A stretch of DNA of 32,169 bases from a virus (taxonomy: Duplodnaviria > Caudoviricetes), in IMG/VR virus record IMGVR_UViG_3300020045_003630, positions 1 through 32,169 of that record. One strand, 5' to 3'. The position numbers and the translations under genes are program-made. The notes below the pieces were generated by a model. That model was not told the origin of the DNA and made no database searches. It saw only the letters and a program-made list of their open reading frames with translations. Position 1 is the first letter of the stretch; each line of letters starts with the position of its first letter. Of the stretch, positions 25,577 to 32,169 are shown one piece after another.

Positions 25577-28500
25577 ATGAGTGAGATTGCAGTAAGAGTT
25601 AATGGTGATGGAGTCTCTGCTGGTGTTAAGACTATTAAAGGTGAACTCCAATCCTTAGACTCAAGCGTCAGTAAGACATTCTCCCTTTTTGATCAGTTCA
25701 ACAACAGTCTGAAAGGTATTCAATCAACCAACCTAAATACAATAATTAAAAACCTTGATAAGTTCCAAGAAGTTATAACAAAATTCGGGAACATTAACTT
25801 TGCAAATATTGCCTCTGGTATTAATGGTCTTAGTACTGGACTATCAAATATTGGAGGCATTTCTTTTAGTAATATAACAAAAGATATTGATGGTTTAAGC
25901 AAGTCTATAGCTAAGTTAGATAAGATTGACTTTAGTAAATCATCTACTGGTATTAACACATTAAATGCTACTCTTGGAGCTATAGGAAGAGTAGATATAA
26001 CTAAATCATCGAATGATATATCATCATTATCAACAAGTATGTCATACTTGCAGAAGAGAGATTTTGTTAAGATAAGCACAGGTCTTTCCTCTATTGCCAG
26101 TGGACTCAAGACAATCAGTGGTATTAACATATCAGATATGGTGAGTGATTTATCTAAGTTCAATACTGCTCTTGGTAGTATAAAAGGCAGTTCACTATCT
26201 TCTGTTATAAAAGGTTTGGCTATATCTACAGCAGCTCTTACTGCATCATTAAACACTCAAGCATCAGCTATTGCTAAGACATCACAAACATTAAGCCAGT
26301 ATGAAGCAACTGCTAAGAAGGCTGGATCTACATCAAGTTCTTTTAGTGGTAGTATGAGTAGCTCTATTATTGGTGTTAATATGCTTAGGAATGCTGTAGC
26401 AGCATTGACAGCGAGTCTTGGTGTAAGGGAGTTAATAGAGTATTCTGATTCTTGGAAAAAGATCACAAGTTTAGTTAGATTAGCAACTACATCAGAGCAA
26501 GAACTTGTTTCTGTTAGACAAAAATTGGTTGATATATCTCTTGCTACAAGAACTGATTTGTCAGCACAAGCAACACTTTATAATAGACTTAGTATCGCAC
26601 AGAAAGCTCTTGGTGTATCTCAGAGTGAAATACTCACTGTAATCAAGAATGTTGGATTAGCTCTTGGTGTTACCAGTACAACAGCTCTTGAGGCAAGAGG
26701 TAGCCTTATCCAGTTATCACAAGCTTTTGGTCAAGGTATTGTAAGAGCTGAAGAGTGGAACAGTATCATGGAGGGAACTCCTGCTATTGCTAAGGCTGTA
26801 GCAGATGCTTTAGGAATATCCACTGCTGAGGTAAGAAACTTAGTTCTTGCTGGTGCTTTAACAAGTAAGACACTTGCTACTGCTTTACTAAGCCAAGGTA
26901 CAGAGTTAGAAGCTGCATATGCCAAAGTAGAAGTCACTGTAGGTCAAGCATTTACTAATCTTAGAACCAACATAACTAAAGCTATTGGAACCTTGGACGA
27001 AGCCACCGGAGCAAGCAGTAAACTAATTGGTGCTTTAGGCTCTCTATCAAAAGCTGTTAATGAAGTTGACTTTGTATCCTTTACAAATGATCTTTTAAGT
27101 GTTGGTAAAGAGTTGTTGGTGATATTAGGCCTGATAGGTGTCGGAAGAGCTGCTTCAGGCATGATAGGTGGATTTGCAGCCTTGAGTGCTGAATTGGCAG
27201 TAGCTACAAAAGGGCTTAAATTTGCAGAGGCTGCTACAGTAGGCTTTAATCTCGCTCTGAAATCAAACTTAGTTATTATGGGCCTTTTAGGAGCTTACTA
27301 TGCTACAGGCGCTGCTGAGAAGTGGCTTTCTAATACATTTGGTGCAGGTAAGGAAGTTATTGATTCCCTCAATAATTCATCTCTAAGGCAGTTACAGGTT
27401 AATCTTAGAAATCTTGAAGCTGCTGGTAAGAACCCTGAGCTGCTTAGTAAGATCATTGGTGATCCTAAAAAGTTCGATAAAGATCTGAGCAATGCTTATG
27501 ATATTATAGAGAAGTTAAAAACCGCAATTACTGTTAAAGAACGCATGGGTAAACCTATAGAAGAAATTGAGGCATTGAAACAACAGGTAGTCGAAATTGA
27601 GAAACTTGCTACTGCTAATACAAAGATCCCTAAGACGATAGCAGAGATAAACAGAGCAGAAAAGTTAGCTATTGAGACAACCGCTGAAGCTGCCATAGAG
27701 ATAGATAAGAAAAGAGCTGCTACCGAAAAGCTATTTGCAGTTCAAAAAGTTGCTCTATTAGAATCAATTAAGGTAGGTAAACAAGCAAATGAGGTAATAG
27801 AGAATGCAAAGTCTGGTGGTAAGCCAGTATCTACAGCTTCTATGGAAAAGCTGAATAACCTTAGAAATGAAGGCATTAAAGCTGAAGCTACTATTAGGGA
27901 TTTAGTAAAAGATCAAACAAAACTTGATAAAATCCTTGGTACTGGTAAGAAAGACATCCTTGCTGATATCAACAGAGAAATATCTGCTACCAGTAAACTC
28001 AATGCTGCCAGAGAAAGTTCTCTAAAAGCTCAAGTAGCTGCTGGTGAAAGATTAAAGAGTTCATTACCTGATGTTCAAGAAGCAGCAGACCAAGGTAATC
28101 CAGAAGCCATTAAGTTACTTGAACAAATGAATGCTGAACTTCTTAAAAGTTCTAATGCAGCTAAAGAGTTAGAGAATAACTTTGGTAATACAAGTGCTTC
28201 AATGTCAGTTGAAGTTGGTGACATGGTAAGAGGTGCTAAGGAATTAAAAGGTGCCTTAAAGGATATCAAGAAGTCTGATGCTAAAGGTGTAGAACTAAAG
28301 TCATTTTTACCTGATATGGAAGCACTTGCAAACTCTGGATCAGCTTTAGCTATCCCAATGTTAAAAGAGTTAAAAGCTAAGATAAAAGAAGCTGACGATG
28401 CTCATGAGGCATTCTATAAGAACTATGCTAAACCTATAAAAGATCCTGTACCTACATTGACAGCTAATATGAAGGATCTTCAAAAGGAAGCTGAAAAGGC

Positions 28501-31500
28501 TTACACCAGGATTAGTAAATTATCTGGTTGGCAAGCTGATATGAAAGAGTTTTTGCCTGAGTTAGATGAAGCAGTATTGCAAGGGTATGATGGTGCAGCA
28601 GAACGGTTAGAGAATCTAAAGAATAAGATTCAGGAAGCTAAAGAAGAACAAGAAAAATTACAAGAACAATATGGCACACCAATAATTGACCCTTATCAAA
28701 GACTCATTGATGATACCAAGACATACACAAAGGAACTCACCAAATCAATAAAGATCATAGAGAAACTTAAAGAGTTACAATACTCCTTTACGGACTCTAT
28801 GGCTAATTTTGAGTCAGGTAACTATGAAGCTGATGCTATGCTTAAAGGTGGCATGGCTATCACAGAAATGCTTAAAGAGCAAGCTGAAGCACAACAACAT
28901 ATCCTTGATTTGAGGTTAGAAGCCTCCAAAATTGATGATGTAAAGCTAAGGGCTAAGGTGCTTGCAGAAGCCAACAAAGCTGAGGCTGATGCACCTTTAA
29001 AGACGTTAAGTGCCTATCAGAATCTGTTTGGTACATTATCAAGTTTGACTGCTGAGGACTCTAAAGAAAGAACAGCTCTTCATAATCTACAAATGGGATT
29101 TGCTGCTATTGAGATGGCTATGAATGCTAAGGTGGCTCTCACCGAGGGCGTTGCTGCCGTACTTGGGCAGGGCCAAGGAGATCCTTATACTGCATTTGCA
29201 AGAATAGCTGCTATGGCTGCTACAGTAGGTAGTTTACTTGCAATGATAGGGGTTTCTTTCAGTGGCTCAAGTGGTGGTGGTAGCGGATCAGCTTCTACAC
29301 CTATTAAGGCTACTAACCAAGTTGGCACAGTGTTAGGAAACTCAGGTGTCGAGAGTGAATCAGTAAGTAATATAGTAGAGATGTTAGATGAGATACATGC
29401 TGATGAGTACCATGAACTACAAGGTATTTATTCAGAGATGAAAGATTTGAACTCTAATATTTCTGGTTTGGTAAGCAATATCTTTAGAGAGGGTGTAGGT
29501 TTTGATCCTAAGGATATGGGGATAACAATAGGTGGGGCTATCGGTGAGATAGAGGCAAAGTTTACTAAATCTTTAGACTTAGCAACCACAGGCTTCTTAG
29601 CATCAATCAGCATATTTGAGGATGGTATTTTTAGTGGTATAGGTGATTGGGTTACTAAAACCGCAGGTCATTTTATTGGTAAAGTTATTGGTGGTGGAAC
29701 AGAAACATCTGTCAATGCCCAAGGTATAGAAGGATCTGATCCTACAATAGCTTCTCTGCTTGCAGGTTGGGGAGCAGGGCCAAGGACATATGCGGATGTA
29801 CAGGTAGATACTGATGGTGGTTGGATTGGTAAAAATGAAACTGATCTGTTTACTCAATATGGTGAATTAGCTGAAGAGTCAACAAGAATCTTTAATAAGA
29901 TATTTGAAGGTTTAGCTACCACCATCGTTGATATAGGTAAAGAAATAGGCATCAGCTCAGATGAAATAAATGCTTATAAGGTTGAGATAGGTAAGATTGA
30001 CCTAAAGAACCTTGAGACTGATGAAGAGATAAGTGATGCTCTTAATGCTGCTATAAGTAAGGTATCAGATACTGTAGCTTCTGATCTATTTGGTGAGTTA
30101 ATCAATAAGTATCAGGAAGTTGGTGAAGGGTTGTTTGAAACAGCTATCAGGGTTGTTACTGAAAAGATTATAGTAATAGATACGTTAGATAAACTTGGTA
30201 ATGCTTTTAAAGATGCCGATATCCCATCAGAAGCTATCGCATTCTCCCAAGGACTTTTAGACATTGCTGGTGGCCTTGAGGCATTCTCTGAAGCAGCAAG
30301 TAATTACTATGATTCATTCTTTTCTGACGAAGAAAAACAAGTAGATATTGGTGAATACCTCACGGAGTCTCTTAAAGATTTTGAGATTGATTTACCAAAT
30401 ACAAGAGAGATGTACAGGGATGTTGTAGAAGGTCTTGACTTAACAACAGAATCAGGTAAGAAAGCATATATTGAAATGCTTAAGTTATCAGAATCTGCTG
30501 ATGAGTATTATTCTTACATTGAAGATGTTGATGATGCTTTTAAAGATATCACGGATACCATCATTGATGGAGTTAATAATATCCTTATAGCATCCAAGAG
30601 AATAACAGAACAAGAGCTTTTCAATACTACATTTGCTGATAAGTATGGTGTAACTCCTGGTGAGCAGCACAGTACAGAAGCTGTAAACTTTATTTCTACT
30701 GCATCAAATGATACAATACAAGCACTTGCAGATTCTTTTGGTGTTACTGTATCAGAGATGTTGCAAGATATAGCTGATGAAGCTCAAATGGTGGCTGATA
30801 CAATAGCCAATTATGCACAGAGTGAATATGATATCCAGACCAGATTATTTACATTGCTTGATGATACAGATGGTTTGCAGTCTCTGATAGCTAAAGACAG
30901 ATTAGCTGAAGCTAAAGCACTTGATGATGCTTATGGAGCAGCAGCAATACCTCTAAAAGCAATGTTAAATAGTATTTATCTTTTAGAAGATGCAGCAGCA
31001 AGTTTAGCTACAGCAACATCAGCTCTTGCAGATGCTGAATCAAAATATGATACTGCAAAGAGTGAATACCTATCTAAGTTACAGTCTGAAGTAGATATTC
31101 TTACAGGAGCATTAGACTCTGCTAAGAGTAATTATCTTGATCTCCTTAACCAAGAGTTAGAGATATTAAACTCAAATCTTGATACTGCTAAGACTAAGTA
31201 TCTTGAATTATTGCAGCAGGAAGTTGATCTCTTAGAAAATGATGTAGCTGATGCAAAGAGTAATTACCTGTCTCTACTTGAAAAAGAGTTAGATATCTTA
31301 AACACAAACTATAATGATTCTAAGTCATTACTTGAGTCTTTAGTAACGCAGGAAGAGGATCTTATTGATGCCAGACGACAGGCTGCTAAAGATATTGATG
31401 ACTTTATAAAAGATTTAAAAGGATCTACAGAAGCACCTGTACAATCGTTAGAGTACTTTCAGGATAGATATGCTGAGTTATTAAACAATGCAAAGACAGC

Positions 31501-32169
31501 AGCACCTGAAGATGTTTCTGGAGCTGTATCTGCTCTCACTGAGTTTACAAGTCAGTATCTTGATTTTGCTGGTGCTTACAGCAGTGGACCTTCTGGGGAA
31601 AATGATTACAATACATTATTTGAGTCTATAACTAATGATCTCAAAGATGTTGGTGATGTTCAATTAGATGCTGCTGACAAACAATTAGATGCTCTAAATC
31701 TAATAAAGGACGCAGCAGATATCACGAGTGATGCTGTAGTGTCGTTAGATCAGGCTTTTACTGCTTATAAAACAGCTAAAGAGGCCTTAGATAGTAGCTG
31801 GTATCAAGATGAAATAGATGCTGTAAATGGAACCAAGAAAGCTACTGAGGATCTAATATTAGCTGGTCAGATTTGGTTTGATGCAGAGTATGCCTTGAAC
31901 AATAATGGTTACACAGACACTATAAATGAGATAAATGGTACTACTGGAGCTATCACATCTCTTGCTGAGGCTGAGGAAGCCTACAATAAAGCTAAATCAG
32001 AACTTGATAATAGCTGGTATAAAGAAGAGATAGCTAAACTATCCTTAGTGGAAGGATATACTTCAGACATACTTGAAGCACAGAGGAATTACTATTCTGC
32101 AAAGGAAGCCTTAGATAGTAGTTGGTATCCAGCAGAGATAGATAAGCTGAGTGCAATAGATAAGTCTAT
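25577..32169 (+). CDS. Tape measure protein (>2,190 aa, 3' end beyond right edge)
   Basis: Absent from the ORF track (truncated). RBS GAGGT, ATG 25577. Tape-measure domain YSDSW...LVRLAT...TRTDL...LY.RL...LIQLSQAFGQGIVRAEEWNSIMEGTP. The same frame reads sensibly at the window end. Confidence 0.93.
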   Translation, partial: MSEIAVRVNGDGVSAGVKTIKGELQSLDSSVSKTFSLFDQFNNSLKGIQSTNLNTIIKNLDKFQEVITKFGNINFANIASGINGLSTGLSNIGGISFSNITKDIDGLSKSIAKLDKIDFSKSSTGINTLNATLGAIGRVDITKSSNDISSLSTSMSYLQKRDFVKISTGLSSIASGLKTISGINISDMVSDLSKFNTALGSIKGSSLSSVIKGLAISTAALTASLNTQASAIAKTSQTLSQYEATAKKAGSTSSSFSGSMSSSIIGVNMLRNAVAALTASLGVRELIEYSDSWKKITSLVRLATTSEQELVSVRQKLVDISLATRTDLSAQATLYNRLSIAQKALGVSQSEILTVIKNVGLALGVTSTTALEARGSLIQLSQAFGQGIVRAEEWNSIMEGTPAIAKAVADALGISTAEVRNLVLAGALTSKTLATALLSQGTELEAAYAKVEVTVGQAFTNLRTNITKAIGTLDEATGASSKLIGALGSLSKAVNEVDFVSFTNDLLSVGKELLVILGLIGVGRAASGMIGGFAALSAELAVATKGLKFAEAATVGFNLALKSNLVIMGLLGAYYATGAAEKWLSNTFGAGKEVIDSLNNSSLRQLQVNLRNLEAAGKNPELLSKIIGDPKKFDKDLSNAYDIIEKLKTAITVKERMGKPIEEIEALKQQVVEIEKLATANTKIPKTIAEINRAEKLAIETTAEAAIEIDKKRAATEKLFAVQKVALLESIKVGKQANEVIENAKSGGKPVSTASMEKLNNLRNEGIKAEATIRDLVKDQTKLDKILGTGKKDILADINREISATSKLNAARESSLKAQVAAGERLKSSLPDVQEAADQGNPEAIKLLEQMNAELLKSSNAAKELENNFGNTSASMSVEVGDMVRGAKELKGALKDIKKSDAKGVELKSFLPDMEALANSGSALAIPMLKELKAKIKEADDAHEAFYKNYAKPIKDPVPTLTANMKDLQKEAEKAYTRISKLSGWQADMKEFLPELDEAVLQGYDGAAERLENLKNKIQEAKEEQEKLQEQYGTPIIDPYQRLIDDTKTYTKELTKSIKIIEKLKELQYSFTDSMANFESGNYEADAMLKGGMAITEMLKEQAEAQQHILDLRLEASKIDDVKLRAKVLAEANKAEADAPLKTLSAYQNLFGTLSSLTAEDSKERTALHNLQMGFAAIEMAMNAKVALTEGVAAVLGQGQGDPYTAFARIAAMAATVGSLLAMIGVSFSGSSGGGSGSASTPIKATNQVGTVLGNSGVESESVSNIVEMLDEIHADEYHELQGIYSEMKDLNSNISGLVSNIFREGVGFDPKDMGITIGGAIGEIEAKFTKSLDLATTGFLASISIFEDGIFSGIGDWVTKTAGHFIGKVIGGGTETSVNAQGIEGSDPTIASLLAGWGAGPRTYADVQVDTDGGWIGKNETDLFTQYGELAEESTRIFNKIFEGLATTIVDIGKEIGISSDEINAYKVEIGKIDLKNLETDEEISDALNAAISKVSDTVASDLFGELINKYQEVGEGLFETAIRVVTEKIIVIDTLDKLGNAFKDADIPSEAIAFSQGLLDIAGGLEAFSEAASNYYDSFFSDEEKQVDIGEYLTESLKDFEIDLPNTREMYRDVVEGLDLTTESGKKAYIEMLKLSESADEYYSYIEDVDDAFKDITDTIIDGVNNILIASKRITEQELFNTTFADKYGVTPGEQHSTEAVNFISTASNDTIQALADSFGVTVSEMLQDIADEAQMVADTIANYAQSEYDIQTRLFTLLDDTDGLQSLIAKDRLAEAKALDDAYGAAAIPLKAMLNSIYLLEDAAASLATATSALADAESKYDTAKSEYLSKLQSEVDILTGALDSAKSNYLDLLNQELEILNSNLDTAKTKYLELLQQEVDLLENDVADAKSNYLSLLEKELDILNTNYNDSKSLLESLVTQEEDLIDARRQAAKDIDDFIKDLKGSTEAPVQSLEYFQDRYAELLNNAKTAAPEDVSGAVSALTEFTSQYLDFAGAYSSGPSGENDYNTLFESITNDLKDVGDVQLDAADKQLDALNLIKDAADITSDAVVSLDQAFTAYKTAKEALDSSWYQDEIDAVNGTKKATEDLILAGQIWFDAEYALNNNGYTDTINEINGTTGAITSLAEAEEAYNKAKSELDNSWYKEEIAKLSLVEGYTSDILEAQRNYYSAKEALDSSWYPAEIDKLSAIDKS

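Larger units (their letters stand above)
1..32169 (+). mobile_element. Tailed bacteriophage (siphovirus-like) genome segment: putative origin region, packaging, head and tail modules
   Basis: Canonical order terminase-portal-protease-scaffold-decoration-MCP-head/tail joining-tail tube-chaperone-tape measure. No sheath gene and no host housekeeping genes seen. Confidence 0.97.

Noticed and set aside
4480-30670. Numerous short minus-strand and alternative-frame ORFs
   Set aside because: They are shadows of long, well-supported plus-strand genes and have no recognisable motifs.
1-32169. Stop-codon reassignment, tRNA genes, integrase/att sites
   Set aside because: Conserved genes are full length in the standard code with TAA, TAG and TGA all used as stops; no cloverleaf or integrase recognised.

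Overview
The whole window is a segment of a tailed dsDNA phage genome (non-contractile, siphovirus-type tail; AT-rich; standard genetic code). From left to right it holds: a truncated minus-strand SF2-helicase-like gene; a ~1.2 kb non-coding region with a 337-bp inverted repeat built of matched hairpins (candidate origin); a membrane-anchored DUF1524-type nuclease; a cassette of putative virion appendage genes (beta-helix protein, LamG + Trp-repeat fibre, adaptor) placed upstream of the terminase; a putative terS; a multi-domain HNH gene; a terL gene split by a 1,027-nt group I intron that carries an HNH homing endonuclease; portal, protease, scaffold, decoration and major capsid genes; head-tail joining genes with an inserted AP2-HNH gene; tail tube; a tail chaperone with a -1 frameshift site; and a >2,190-aa tape measure gene running off the right edge. 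The least explained signals are the symmetric hairpin array beside the UL9-like helicase and two pseudoknot-like leaders that share a 10-nt sequence. All family assignments come from motif recognition by eye; no searches were run.
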